Assembly: GCA_017436705.1 (NCBI GenBank)
Contig: JAFSCP010000049.1
Coordinates: forward strand, 9,629 to 73,628
Reading direction: 5' to 3'
Source of the DNA: Bacillota bacterium
Lineage (GTDB): Bacteria > Bacillota > Clostridia > Peptostreptococcales > Anaerovoracaceae
Length of the DNA stretch: 64,000 bases
Under the pieces are notes generated by a model. It saw nothing but the letters and a program-made list of their open reading frames with translations, had not been told where the DNA came from and ran no database searches. This document shows, in pieces, positions 9,757 through 19,468 of this stretch. A program made the translations under genes and the position numbers. The stretch's first letter is position 1. The number at the start of each line of letters is the position of its first letter.

Positions 9757-10824
9757 TTAAATAGAGTATTCTTCGTATTCGTATTCACATGGATTTCCTG
9801 GACAAATAAGTATCTTGTTATCAGTATGGTCCATAATGATACTGAAGTTTGTAGCATCTCTCATTGCCACAGGATATCTAGGGTCTTCATGGTCACAGAT
9901 TGCGTAAGGATATCCTGCATGGTCGCTGTACATTTTCTTGATGTCTTCTACAGTAATCTTACCATAGCGTTCTTTTACCATAGTTTTCATTCTCTGCATA
10001 CGGATATATGTGCTGCCCATGTGGTTTACATCGTTTGCAAGGTATGTTTTCTGTCCCACATAATGGTTAGTATGGATGATAACGCCATCTTCAGGAATGA
10101 TTGGTTCAACGATTTCAGAATCCATTTCAAACTCAATAGCCACACCATCTGTATGTGTTGCAATCAGATTACCTACTGAATAAGGTGCATGGCTGCCCTT
10201 CACATATGCATCGTTGAGGTTTTCAGCTTCAAGCATTGCTCTCAGACGAACGTGGAATGGAATTCCGTTAACAGGCTTAGGTGTTCTGAGCGCATTGAGT
10301 AATACTGATACGCCACGGTCATTCATACCGATACCGCCGATCATACCAGCGCCTTCTACTACCATCATAAAGTGCGGTTTGTCTTCCTGGTAAACATGTA
10401 CTACAATCAGGCATTCACCACTGATCAGTAAGCTGTAGTCCCAGTTCTGTGATGCGATAGTATGACCGCCTTCTGTTGCAGGTGGAAGCACAGTGAGACA
10501 AGTACATTCTGTAATGCCAGCTCTTGTGGAGTCAGCATACATGATTTCTGTACGACAGTTCAGTGCAATGATATCAAGAATATCTAACTTAGCGCCATCA
10601 GCGATGCCGCGGATTTCTTCTACATAGTCAGGATTAAAATCACGAGTTTTTTCCAGATAGTATGCCCCAACCTTGCGTGCATCTTCCCATGTAACGCCTT
10701 TTGTGTCAAAATACAGTTTTTCGTAGCCCTTCATTGTCAGTCTGATTTCGTCGCTGCATAATTGTCCATAGGTGAATCCGCGTTCGTACGCATTACCACG
10801 GAGTGTAATTTCTTTAAATCTCAT
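9757..10824 (-). CDS. Peptidase C45 family protein (acyl-CoA:6-aminopenicillanic-acid acyltransferase-like Ntn hydrolase)
   Basis: 355 aa. MRFKEITLRGNAYERGFTYGQ, a candidate Ntn nucleophile Cys in ITECTCL, and QNWDY. It is a paralogue of 58683-59744. Confidence 0.8.
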   Translation of the reverse strand: MRFKEITLRGNAYERGFTYGQLCSDEIRLTMKGYEKLYFDTKGVTWEDARKVGAYYLEKTRDFNPDYVEEIRGIADGAKLDILDIIALNCRTEIMYADSTRAGITECTCLTVLPPATEGGHTIASQNWDYSLLISGECLIVVHVYQEDKPHFMMVVEGAGMIGGIGMNDRGVSVLLNALRTPKPVNGIPFHVRLRAMLEAENLNDAYVKGSHAPYSVGNLIATHTDGVAIEFEMDSEIVEPIIPEDGVIIHTNHYVGQKTYLANDVNHMGSTYIRMQRMKTMVKERYGKITVEDIKKMYSDHAGYPYAICDHEDPRYPVAMRDATNFSIIMDHTDNKILICPGNPCEYEYEEYSI

Positions 10825-11266
10825 AATTTGTCGTCCTCCTTATTCGTTTAAATTTTTATAAGTCCAAAATCTCAAGTTATCAGCTACTGCAGTTTTGCTG
10901 TGTCGCCTATTATATTCTATTGACGGACAAAAATCCACAATCCGGCAGCTCTGCGAATAGTCCTCAATTCACTTTCATATAGCAAAAAACTGACAAAAAA
11001 CACCCCTGGCTGATGATGAAATCCTGTTTTTTATATAAAAAATTTTGCATTTATATTGTTTTTCCTACCTGCCATTGGACAGGCAGTACTTTTTAAAAGC
11101 CCTAAAATATCACAAAACCCTTCCATTAAATCACATTTTTATACAGGAAACGAAATATAGGAGTATTTCTTCGACGGTTTACGGTCATGCATGATGGAAT
11201 TATTCCAGAAATTATGGTATAATAATTCAAAATTTAATATGTGTTTTTTGAGATAAGGAGGTGAGT

Positions 11267-12226
11267 ATGGAAAAACTTCAATTGATATGGAGCGGAGAAA
11301 CTGAGCTTCCTGCCGGCTGGGAGCTGCAGCCTCACACTCACGATTTCTTTCATCTGGCCTATGTACGCAGCGGCAATCTTGTTTTCCGTGCTGACGGAGA
11401 GGACTATAATCTTTCAGAAGGAAGTCTGATACTGGTTCCTCCGTTTATGGTACATGGCGTGCCACAGGACACTCATAATCTGTGCATACAGTATGAGGTT
11501 TTTTTCCGTATACTTGATCCGGAACTGAAATGTATTTTCGAGAACCAGAAGGCTTTTGTTCTGCACAATTCTTCTCATCTGGAAAACCTGTTTTCATACA
11601 TTTATATGACTTACAGCAGTTCTGATCTGCTGCGTGCCTCATCTGTCAGTTCATTTTTGCTGACAATCCTGTTTTCCTTTCTGGCGGATCAGCCGAGCCC
11701 CGAAAACAGTTCCGAAAGATATGTTGATTCCAGCCAGTATTCACCGCTGGTTCAAAGCATCATCCGGTACGTTGAAAATAACTATGATGAAAAATATAAT
11801 CTGCAGAGCCTTGCCAGTACACTGGGCTACAACAAAAACTATCTCTGTACTGTCTTCCGCCGGGAAACCGGTACCAGCATCTCGGAATATTTAAATTATC
11901 ACAGAATCCGTAAAATACTGATTTTTCTGCAGTATATCGGTTACAACAAAGAAGTTCCTATCCATGACCTGGCACATCAATGTGGATTTATGAACCCATC
12001 CTATTTCAACCGTGTGTTTAAGAAATACACAGGAATGACACCAAAAGAATTTATACATATATTTTTTAAGGACTCTGATGGTCAGGAACAATCTGCATTT
12101 AAAAAATACTACATAGAACACCTGGATCTGAAACGTTACTCCATCCAGGAGTCTCTGGAATATATGCGTGGCCTCAAGGCAGCGTCAGAGACGAGTAATC
12201 TTCCGGACAATGATCCTGCGGAATAA
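11267..12226 (+). CDS. AraC family transcriptional regulator (N-terminal cupin, C-terminal double HTH)
   Basis: The cupin-like part reads WELQPHTHDFFHLAYV. The C-terminal AraC signature reads YNKNYLCTVFRRETGTSISEYLNYHRI...GFMNPSYFNRVFKKYTGMTPKEF. The ATG lies 8 nt after AAGGAGG. Confidence 0.85.
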   Translation: MEKLQLIWSGETELPAGWELQPHTHDFFHLAYVRSGNLVFRADGEDYNLSEGSLILVPPFMVHGVPQDTHNLCIQYEVFFRILDPELKCIFENQKAFVLHNSSHLENLFSYIYMTYSSSDLLRASSVSSFLLTILFSFLADQPSPENSSERYVDSSQYSPLVQSIIRYVENNYDEKYNLQSLASTLGYNKNYLCTVFRRETGTSISEYLNYHRIRKILIFLQYIGYNKEVPIHDLAHQCGFMNPSYFNRVFKKYTGMTPKEFIHIFFKDSDGQEQSAFKKYYIEHLDLKRYSIQESLEYMRGLKAASETSNLPDNDPAE

Positions 12227-12246
12227 ACAATTCACCCAACTAAAAG

Positions 12247-12282
12247 AGCAGTACAAGTTTTTTAAAACCTGTACTGCTTTTA
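12247..12282. terminator. Bidirectional terminator between convergent genes
   Basis: AGCAGTACA-agttttttaaaacc-TGTACTGCT flanked by A and T runs. Confidence 0.7.
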
Positions 12283-12288
12283 CATATC

Positions 12289-13092
12289 TCAAATCAATTT
12301 ATTCACAATTTCACTTTCCACAATCCGCATATCCACATTGGCATTACGGTCGCCGTATGTAACAATCAGATTGTCCCACGGCACGATACCGGCTTTCTCA
12401 TACATGGACAGTTTCCACTTGTGCCTGCCCATATACTTTTCATCATGTGGCAGTCCGCAGTGCTCCCAGTAAAAAAGCTTACCGTCCCGCCTGCGCATAA
12501 TTGTAAAATCCGGCGTAAACTTATATCCATCTATATTAATCAGCTCCTCATACCGGAACATCAGCTGGTGATAATAAAAACGTTCTGCTATTGCAAGCTC
12601 CGCCATGGAACGGACATGAAGACCTCTGGTCGTGATTTTAGTCAGTTCTTCCGGGTGAAAGTCGGACTTGGTATAAGGTTCTGTATCCCAGCCGTCGAAA
12701 GTATCGCTCCCGTGTCGATTGCCGTCGAAAAACCATTCTGTCGGTATTCCTTGGTAGCGTTTGGGGAGACTGCTGATTATTGCCTCAGGCGCAAGCGAAG
12801 GACAGTCGTTAAGCATCTTTTGCAATAATGTCAGATTGCGCCCCAAAGCCTTAACCTCTGCTTCCAGATATGCTTTCCGTGCCAGAGAACGTGCAACTTC
12901 AGGCTTGTGATAAAGGCTTTTCCGTATCATTTTATTATCCGCATCAGTAAATCCCTGAAAGAACACCTGCTTGCCATTGCTTATGGTCTTTTGCAAAGTT
13001 CCCTTCGGGCACGCCGACAGTTCAACATTGCATTTTTTCAATCGGTTTTCTAATTCATTCAATAAAATCAAAAATTCCGGCCGGTTTTTCAT
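12289..13092 (-). CDS. Hypothetical protein with a possible PD-(D/E)xK (TnsA-N/restriction-endonuclease-like) C-terminal core
   Basis: 267 aa from MKNRPEF (RBS AGGAGG). The C-terminal part reads VRSMAELAIAE...YKFTPDFTI...LFYWEHCG, resembling the E / PD / ExK layout, although the final K is not obvious. Confidence 0.6.
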   Translation of the reverse strand: MKNRPEFLILLNELENRLKKCNVELSACPKGTLQKTISNGKQVFFQGFTDADNKMIRKSLYHKPEVARSLARKAYLEAEVKALGRNLTLLQKMLNDCPSLAPEAIISSLPKRYQGIPTEWFFDGNRHGSDTFDGWDTEPYTKSDFHPEELTKITTRGLHVRSMAELAIAERFYYHQLMFRYEELINIDGYKFTPDFTIMRRRDGKLFYWEHCGLPHDEKYMGRHKWKLSMYEKAGIVPWDNLIVTYGDRNANVDMRIVESEIVNKLI

Positions 13093-13310
13093 AATAATTT
13101 CCTCCTTTTTCTTCAAACATTGCATTTCACCGAGGCATTATGAAAATAAAGCAATGTTTTTGTCGAATATATTGTATAGTAAGAGGAAATTGCTAAAAAA
13201 ATACAATGTCGGTCTGCCGGAATTGTTATAACGATGATTCTCACGCTGAAATATTGTTTATTTTCACGATGCTACCATTATAATACAATATCTCCGGCGC
13301 ACAGACAACC
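13018..13310. repeat. Direct repeat copy B (partner of 7390-7680)
   Basis: It covers the first ~25 codons, RBS and ~220 nt of upstream region of the 12289-13092 gene. Aligned by eye to copy A. Confidence 0.85.
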
Positions 13311-13338
13311 ATTATTTTCCAGCCAGCAGCGCAGGCAT

Positions 13339-13367
13339 AAAAAAACCCGCCAACACAGGCGGGTTTT
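13339..13367 (-). terminator. Intrinsic terminator downstream of the DUF1847/glnS unit
   Basis: AAAAAAA-CCCGCC-aacaca-GGCGGG-TTTT. Confidence 0.7.
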
Positions 13368-13372
13368 CGTTA

Positions 13373-13996
13373 TTATTCTTGGCTTTTAAATTTTTTGCGG
13401 TAATATGATTCTGCGTTGTAGATCGGAGCCAGCGGATTGTGGCCGGTCACTCTGTCCTTGGCAGCCAGCACGGTTATCGGTGCTTTGCTGTTTTTGATGA
13501 AAAGTGTGTCGTGACCTACGCACAGGCCCAGCAGGATGTTAAGTTCACAACCTGCTTCGTCAAGCACTGCGGCCTGTCCTGCAGGATTGCACATTGCTTC
13601 GAACTCACAGTCGCCTACATAGCCGTTTGGCCCAACGCCCATTTCGGACTTGTCAACGCCGCCTACTTTGCAGCAGACAGTTTCAACTTCGAAACCGTTG
13701 TCCTTCAGAATGTCTGCGAACACTCTTGCTTCATTGCGCAGACCGATGCAGTGTGCCACGCCAAGGTGCTTGTAACCGCACTTGCGGGCATAGTCCATGA
13801 TTTCCTGGACGCGGACTTTCTGGCAGTAGCCTTCAGCTTCAACTTCAGCTGCGGCAACGAAAGTACGCTTGTCTTCCTCGCTGTATCGTGCAAGCTCTTT
13901 TTCTTTGGTAGTAAAGCGGCCAGGGCAGTTTGCCGGTGCTTTTTCAGTGGTTCCGTTATTGCATGATCTTATGGTGCAGTGTGCACAGTTTGGCAT
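13373..13996 (-). CDS. DUF1847 family metal-binding (Cys-rich) protein
   Basis: 207 aa. MPNCAHCTIRSCNNGTTEKAPANCPG and further conserved Cys (GLCVGHD) are typical of DUF1847. Confidence 0.75.
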   Translation of the reverse strand: MPNCAHCTIRSCNNGTTEKAPANCPGRFTTKEKELARYSEEDKRTFVAAAEVEAEGYCQKVRVQEIMDYARKCGYKHLGVAHCIGLRNEARVFADILKDNGFEVETVCCKVGGVDKSEMGVGPNGYVGDCEFEAMCNPAGQAAVLDEAGCELNILLGLCVGHDTLFIKNSKAPITVLAAKDRVTGHNPLAPIYNAESYYRKKFKSQE

Positions 13997-14018
13997 TGTA
14001 TTACCTCCGGGTTTTACC

Positions 14019-15650
14019 CTATTTCCAGGAGCTCTTGAGTCCTATGATTTCGTTGAATAATAAGTTGTCTTCGCTGTAAAGCTTAGGTTCTGCGATGAAG
14101 TAACCGTGTCTGAAGAACTGGAATCTTTCGCCTGCCTTCGCTTCCTTGATGGAGGCTTCCGCATAGCATGTGATTTCCCTCATAGTTTCAGGGTTTCTGA
14201 CCATATCGCCGTTTTCATCTTCGATCATCAGGTAATCGTACTGACGGATCTTGATAGGAACTGCTGTAGCAGCATCTACAAAGTGGATTGTGCCCTTTAC
14301 CTTACGGCCTTCAAATCCGGAATTGGAGTGAGTTTCAGGGTCGTAAGTGCAGAGGAGTTCCTTGATGGAACCGTCTTCGTTCTTTACAACTTCGTTGCAT
14401 GTGATGAAGTAAGCACCTTTGAATCTTACTTCGTTGCCAGGGAAAAGTCTGAAGTATTTCTTTGCAGGTACTTCCATGAAGTCTGCGCCGTCAACCCATA
14501 ATTCTCTTGAGAAAGGAACCTGGCGTGTACCCATTTCAGGAACCTGAGCGTTGTTTTCGATTTCGCACATTTCGCTCTGGCCTTCAGGGTAGTTTGTGAT
14601 GATAACCTTGATAGGGTCGAATACTACGTTTCTGGATTCAACCTTTTCCTTAAGGTCTTCTCTTACGCACTGCTCAAGCTGAGCAACCTGAACTGTGCTG
14701 TTTGCCTTGGCAACACCGATGTCTTCGCAGAACTGTCTTACTGCTTCAGGAGTGTAGCCTCTGCGGCGGATACCTGCGATGGTAGGCATACGAGGGTCGT
14801 CCCAGCCGTCAACCACACCGTCTTCTACGAGGGCCTTCAGGTATCTCTTGGACATTACTGTATTTGTAAGGTTAAGTCTTGCAAATTCAATCTGCTGAGG
14901 AGGGTTAGGCCAGAAGCCTACTTCTCTGAGAACCCAGTCGTAAAGAGGTCTGTGATCTTCGAATTCCAGTGTGCAGATGGAATGTGTGATTCCTTCGATT
15001 GCGTCTTCAATAGGGTGAGCAAAGTCGTACATAGGGTAGATGCACCACTTGTCGCCTGTGTTGTGATGAGTAGCATGGGCAATACGGTAGATGATAGGGT
15101 CTCTCATGTTGATGTTAGGAGATGCCATATCAATCTTCGCACGGAGAACCTTTTCACCGTCAGCGTACTTGCCTGCCTTCATTTCTTCGAAAAGCTGAAG
15201 GTTTTCTTCGATGGAACGGTTTCTGTAAGGTGATTCCTTACCTGGTTCTTTGAGTGTTCCTCTGTATTCCTTGATTTCTTCGCCTGTAAGGTCACATACG
15301 AAAGCTTTGCCCTTCTTGATCAGTTCAACTGCTGCATCGTACATTGTGTCAAAATAGTCAGACGCCCAGAGTCTTTCGGTCCACTGGAAGCCCAGCCATC
15401 TTACGTCAGCTTCGATGGAGTCTACGTATTCAACGTCTTCCTTTACAGGGTTTGTGTCGTCATATCTTAAGTTACACTTACCGCCGTACTTCGCCGCTGT
15501 GGAGAAGTTGAGGCAGATGGACTTAGCGTGTCCGATGTGCAGGTAACCGTTAGGTTCCGGCGGGAAACGAGTGTAAACCTTATCTCCGTATTTCTGTGAT
15601 TCTAAATCTTTTTCGATTATGTTGTGAATAAAATTATTGGATTCAGCCAT
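14019..15650 (-). CDS. glnS: Glutamine--tRNA ligase
   Basis: 543 aa. [16 protein letters not shown] (HIGH motif), VMSKR (KMSKS variant) and a GlnRS-type C-terminal anticodon-binding domain. Confidence 0.95.
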   Translation of the reverse strand: MAESNNFIHNIIEKDLESQKYGDKVYTRFPPEPNGYLHIGHAKSICLNFSTAAKYGGKCNLRYDDTNPVKEDVEYVDSIEADVRWLGFQWTERLWASDYFDTMYDAAVELIKKGKAFVCDLTGEEIKEYRGTLKEPGKESPYRNRSIEENLQLFEEMKAGKYADGEKVLRAKIDMASPNINMRDPIIYRIAHATHHNTGDKWCIYPMYDFAHPIEDAIEGITHSICTLEFEDHRPLYDWVLREVGFWPNPPQQIEFARLNLTNTVMSKRYLKALVEDGVVDGWDDPRMPTIAGIRRRGYTPEAVRQFCEDIGVAKANSTVQVAQLEQCVREDLKEKVESRNVVFDPIKVIITNYPEGQSEMCEIENNAQVPEMGTRQVPFSRELWVDGADFMEVPAKKYFRLFPGNEVRFKGAYFITCNEVVKNEDGSIKELLCTYDPETHSNSGFEGRKVKGTIHFVDAATAVPIKIRQYDYLMIEDENGDMVRNPETMREITCYAEASIKEAKAGERFQFFRHGYFIAEPKLYSEDNLLFNEIIGLKSSWK

Positions 15651-15728
15651 TTTCTTTCCTCCGTATTTTTTACGTTCTTGTCATCTATTTTATCATTATT
15701 TTAATCAATATTCCAGTATTTTAACATG

Positions 15729-15762
15729 AAAAAATAACAACAGAGGGGTACAAAACCCCTCC
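15729..15762 (-). terminator. Intrinsic terminator after hydA
   Basis: Minus strand reads GAGGGG-ttttgta-CCCCTC followed by tgttgttaTTTTTT. Confidence 0.6.
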
Positions 15763-15811
15763 ATTATGTTATCGCATTTTTTGAGTTTAGTCAATCGCTG
15801 AAGCCCGAAAA

Positions 15812-17563
15812 TTACACATTTTCAGGGTATTTTTCACGCTCGTGATAGTGAGTATGCAGGAGCTTGTGTGAAAGTGTTCCACCCGCCATACCAAGAAAGT
15901 CTTTGTAGAGTCTCTTGACCGCCGGATTGTTGTGGGATTTGCGGACATACATGCCTCTGTCTTCGCGGTAAAGAGCTTCCGCTCTTCTCTGGCTCACATT
16001 GGACCAGTTTCTGATATCGGAACTCTGAATTGGCTGACCGCCTCCGTTTATGCAGCCGTTAGGACATGCCATGATTTCGATAAAGTCCACTTCAATTTCA
16101 CCGGCTTTTATCTTATTGAGCAGTTTACGGGCATTGCCAAGGCCGTGAGCAACTGCTGCACGGAGAGTTACTTCACCAACTGTGCATTCTGCAAGCTTGA
16201 TACCCTCGAAACCTCTGATTTCTTCGTATTCGATGTTGTCGGTGGATGTACCGCTGAGAATGTCAGTTGCAGTTCTCAGTGCCGCTTCCATAACGCCGCC
16301 TGTAGCCCCGAAGATTACACCAGCACCGGATGCATTGCCGAAAGGATCGTCAAATACATCGTCAGGAAGATTAGGGAAGTCAATACCGATGTCGTAAATC
16401 ATGTCTGCCAGTTCTCTTGTGGTGATTACAGCATCCACATCTCTGAGGCCGTCAACTTCCATTTCAGGGCGCTTTGCTTCAAACTTCTTGGCTGTACAAG
16501 GCATAACTGATACTGTGAAAATCTTCTTCGGATCTATGCCGGCTTTCTTCGCGTAGTAAGTCTTGATAATGGAACCGAACATCATGTGTGGTGATTTGCA
16601 TGTGGAAAGATTGTCCAGAAACTCAGGGAAATAGTGTTCACAGAACTTGATCCAGCCCGGTGAGCAGGAAGTAATCATAGGCATCTTGCCGCCTGAACGT
16701 ACTCTGTCGATGAGCTCGTTTGCTTCTTCCATGATGGTAAGGTCAGCTGCTGTGTCGGTATCAAAAACTTTGTCAAACCCGATCATTCTCAGGGCTGTAA
16801 CCATCTTTCCGGTAACTGCTGTACCAATCGGCATGCCGAAACTTTCGCCCAGAGCTGCACGTACTGCCGGAGCAGTCTGAACCACAACATGCATTTCAGG
16901 ATCATTGATTGCCTGCCATACAACGTCTGTTTCAGTCTTTTCATGAAGAGCGCCGACAGGACATACGTTTACGCACTGACCGCAGTTTACGCAAGGTGTG
17001 TCTGCCAGACTTCTGCCGAACGGTGAACCGATTACTGTGTTGAAACCTCTGCCGATGGCGTCGATTACACCTACAGTCTGCCTGTTTTTACATACGCTTA
17101 CACAACGTCTGCAAAGTATACATTTATTATTGTCACGGACGATGGAAACTGTCACATCCTGTGGATGGTACGGTGCCTCACCTTCGAATCTCACCTGCTG
17201 CACACCCAGTTTGTTGGCCAGAGTCTGAAGTTCGCACTTGGTCCAGCTTCTTGAACATGTCTGGCATCTGGTAACGTGATTGGAAAGAATAAGTTCCAGA
17301 TTCACCTTTCGTGCTTCAACAACCTTAGGTGAGTGAGTGAAGATTTCCATCCCCTCGGAAACAGGAGTAACGCAGGCCGCCTGGAGGGCCTTGCCGCCTT
17401 TGGTTTCCACAAGGCACATGCGGCAGCATCCTATTTCGTTCACATCTCTCAGGTAACAAAGGGTAGGAATGAAGATGTTTACCGCCTTTGCGGCTTCAAG
17501 AATTGTGGAGCCGCCAGGTACACTGACCTGAATTCCGTCAATTTTTATATTTACATTTCTCAT
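15812..17563 (-). CDS. hydA: [FeFe] hydrogenase catalytic subunit (HydA, group A3-like)
   Basis: 583 aa with an N-terminal 2Fe-2S/4Fe-4S ferredoxin-like domain. H-cluster motifs are TSCSPGW, MPCTAKKFE and ACPNGCINGGGQP. Confidence 0.9.
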   Translation of the reverse strand: MRNVNIKIDGIQVSVPGGSTILEAAKAVNIFIPTLCYLRDVNEIGCCRMCLVETKGGKALQAACVTPVSEGMEIFTHSPKVVEARKVNLELILSNHVTRCQTCSRSWTKCELQTLANKLGVQQVRFEGEAPYHPQDVTVSIVRDNNKCILCRRCVSVCKNRQTVGVIDAIGRGFNTVIGSPFGRSLADTPCVNCGQCVNVCPVGALHEKTETDVVWQAINDPEMHVVVQTAPAVRAALGESFGMPIGTAVTGKMVTALRMIGFDKVFDTDTAADLTIMEEANELIDRVRSGGKMPMITSCSPGWIKFCEHYFPEFLDNLSTCKSPHMMFGSIIKTYYAKKAGIDPKKIFTVSVMPCTAKKFEAKRPEMEVDGLRDVDAVITTRELADMIYDIGIDFPNLPDDVFDDPFGNASGAGVIFGATGGVMEAALRTATDILSGTSTDNIEYEEIRGFEGIKLAECTVGEVTLRAAVAHGLGNARKLLNKIKAGEIEVDFIEIMACPNGCINGGGQPIQSSDIRNWSNVSQRRAEALYREDRGMYVRKSHNNPAVKRLYKDFLGMAGGTLSHKLLHTHYHEREKYPENV

Positions 17564-17569
17564 GCTGCT

Positions 17570-19468
17570 CTACACTCCTTTCCTGTCACGGTGAAGAATT
17601 GCGTTGAACGGACACTTGGCCTGGCACTGGCCGCACTTGATACAAACGTCCTGATTGATAACAAAACCGTTCTTCTTATCACCTGTGATTGCTTCGACCG
17701 GACAATGCTTCTTACAGATACTGCAGCGTCTGCAGAGATCAGGGTCGATTTTGTACTTCATGATGGACTTACATACGCCTGCAGGACATTTTTTGTCTAC
17801 CACGTGGGCGATGTATTCATCCTTAAAGTAGCGGAGAGCGGAAAGAATCGGGTTCGGTGCTGTCTGACCGAGACCGCAGAGAGCTGAGTTCTTGATATTT
17901 CTCGCCAGGATTTCAAGCTTTTCGATATCGTACATTTCGCCCTTACCCTCGGTAATTCTTGTGAGAATTTCATACATTCTCTTGGTACCGATTCTGCACG
18001 GCGAGCACTTGCCGCAGGATTCATCAACTGTGAAATCAAGGAAGAATCTTGCCAGGTCAACCATACATGTGTCTTCATCCATTACAATGAGACCGCCGGA
18101 GCCCATCATGGAGCCAAGGGCGATAAGGTTGTCATAGTCAATCGGTGTGTCCAGAGCTTCTGCAGGGATGCATCCACCGGAAGGGCCGCCTGTCTGTGCC
18201 GCTTTGAAATCCTTGCCGCCCGGAATGCCGCCGCACATATCGTAAACGATTTCTCTGAGAGTAGTTCCCATAGGAACTTCTACAAGACCGGTACGGGCGA
18301 TTTTGCCGCCTACAGCGAAAACTTTGGTACCCTTGGACTTTTCAGTACCGATGGAATTGAACCAGTCTGCACCGTTAAGGATTATTCTTGGAATTGTTGC
18401 GTAAGTTTCTACGTTATTTAAAATTGTAGGTTCGTCAAAAAGTCCCTTTACTGCAGGGAAAGGCGGACGTGGCTTAGGTTCGCCTCTGTGTCCTTCGATA
18501 GAAGTCATAAGAGCTGTTTCTTCGCCGCACACGAAAGCACCTGCCCCAAGACGCACTTCCAGGTCAAAGCTGAAGCCTGTACCCAGAATATTTTCTCCCA
18601 GAAGACCGTATTCTCTGGCCTTTTCAATTGCTGCTGTGAGTGTCTTTACTGCCACAGGGTACTCTGCGCGGACATAAACGTAACCCTGATTGGAACCGAT
18701 TGCGTAACCTGCAATGGCCATCGCTTCAATTACTGAATGAGGGTCGCCTTCCAGAACGGAACGGTCCATGAAAGCACCAGGATCTCCTTCGTCAGCGTTA
18801 CAGCATACGTATTTCTGTTTCTTTGGCTGGGATGCCGCAAATGCCCACTTCATGCCCGTAGGGAAACCTGCACCGCCACGGCCTCTCAGATTGGAATCCT
18901 TCATTGTGTCAATAACGTCTTCCGGATCCATTTCCTTGAGAACCTTGGCAAGAGCCTGGTAGCCGTCCACACCTATGTACTCGTCAATGCTGTACGGATC
19001 GATAGTTCCGCAGTTTTTAAGTGCAATTTTAAGCTGTTTGGTATAGAAAGAATGATGGCCAAGAGCATCAGCAATCTTGCTGCCGTCGTTGTCCTCAGCA
19101 AAAAGTCTTTCAACCGGTTTACCTTCCAGAACATGAGACTGGAAAATTTCTGCAACATCTTCGGGCTGAACCTTGGTGTACATAACCCTGCCAGGATATA
19201 CGACCATAAGAGGTCCCAGCGCGCAAAGACCCATGCAGCCGGTACTGATAAGTCTGATTTCATCTTCTAATTTATTTTCAATAATACACCGTTTTAATTC
19301 GTTATAAACCCCCATGGAGCCTGATGACTGGCAGCCGGCCACGCCACAGACCAGAATCTGCATACGCCCGCCCATTTCTGTACATCCGTCGGCACAGCCG
19401 CGGCGGAGAGCCATCTCCTGCTGCATTTTTTCGCGGAGAGCGTTTAACTGTTCAACTGTTTTAATCAT
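17570..19468 (-). CDS. hydB: NADH-binding hydrogenase subunit HydB (NuoF-like, with FMN, NAD and Fe-S domains)
   Basis: 632 aa. GRGGAGFPTG (FMN/NAD site), a SLBB region, CGKCSPCR, and two C-terminal 4Fe-4S ferredoxin motifs. Confidence 0.9.
   Translation of the reverse strand: MIKTVEQLNALREKMQQEMALRRGCADGCTEMGGRMQILVCGVAGCQSSGSMGVYNELKRCIIENKLEDEIRLISTGCMGLCALGPLMVVYPGRVMYTKVQPEDVAEIFQSHVLEGKPVERLFAEDNDGSKIADALGHHSFYTKQLKIALKNCGTIDPYSIDEYIGVDGYQALAKVLKEMDPEDVIDTMKDSNLRGRGGAGFPTGMKWAFAASQPKKQKYVCCNADEGDPGAFMDRSVLEGDPHSVIEAMAIAGYAIGSNQGYVYVRAEYPVAVKTLTAAIEKAREYGLLGENILGTGFSFDLEVRLGAGAFVCGEETALMTSIEGHRGEPKPRPPFPAVKGLFDEPTILNNVETYATIPRIILNGADWFNSIGTEKSKGTKVFAVGGKIARTGLVEVPMGTTLREIVYDMCGGIPGGKDFKAAQTGGPSGGCIPAEALDTPIDYDNLIALGSMMGSGGLIVMDEDTCMVDLARFFLDFTVDESCGKCSPCRIGTKRMYEILTRITEGKGEMYDIEKLEILARNIKNSALCGLGQTAPNPILSALRYFKDEYIAHVVDKKCPAGVCKSIMKYKIDPDLCRRCSICKKHCPVEAITGDKKNGFVINQDVCIKCGQCQAKCPFNAILHRDRKGV

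Noticed and set aside
7333-13330. Possibility that the repeat-bracketed block is an insertion sequence, transposon or integrative element
   Set aside because: The block contains no transposase, integrase or recombinase gene and no terminal inverted repeats. The repeats are direct, 290 bp long and include part of a gene. I report it as a segmental repeat and not as a mobile_element feature.
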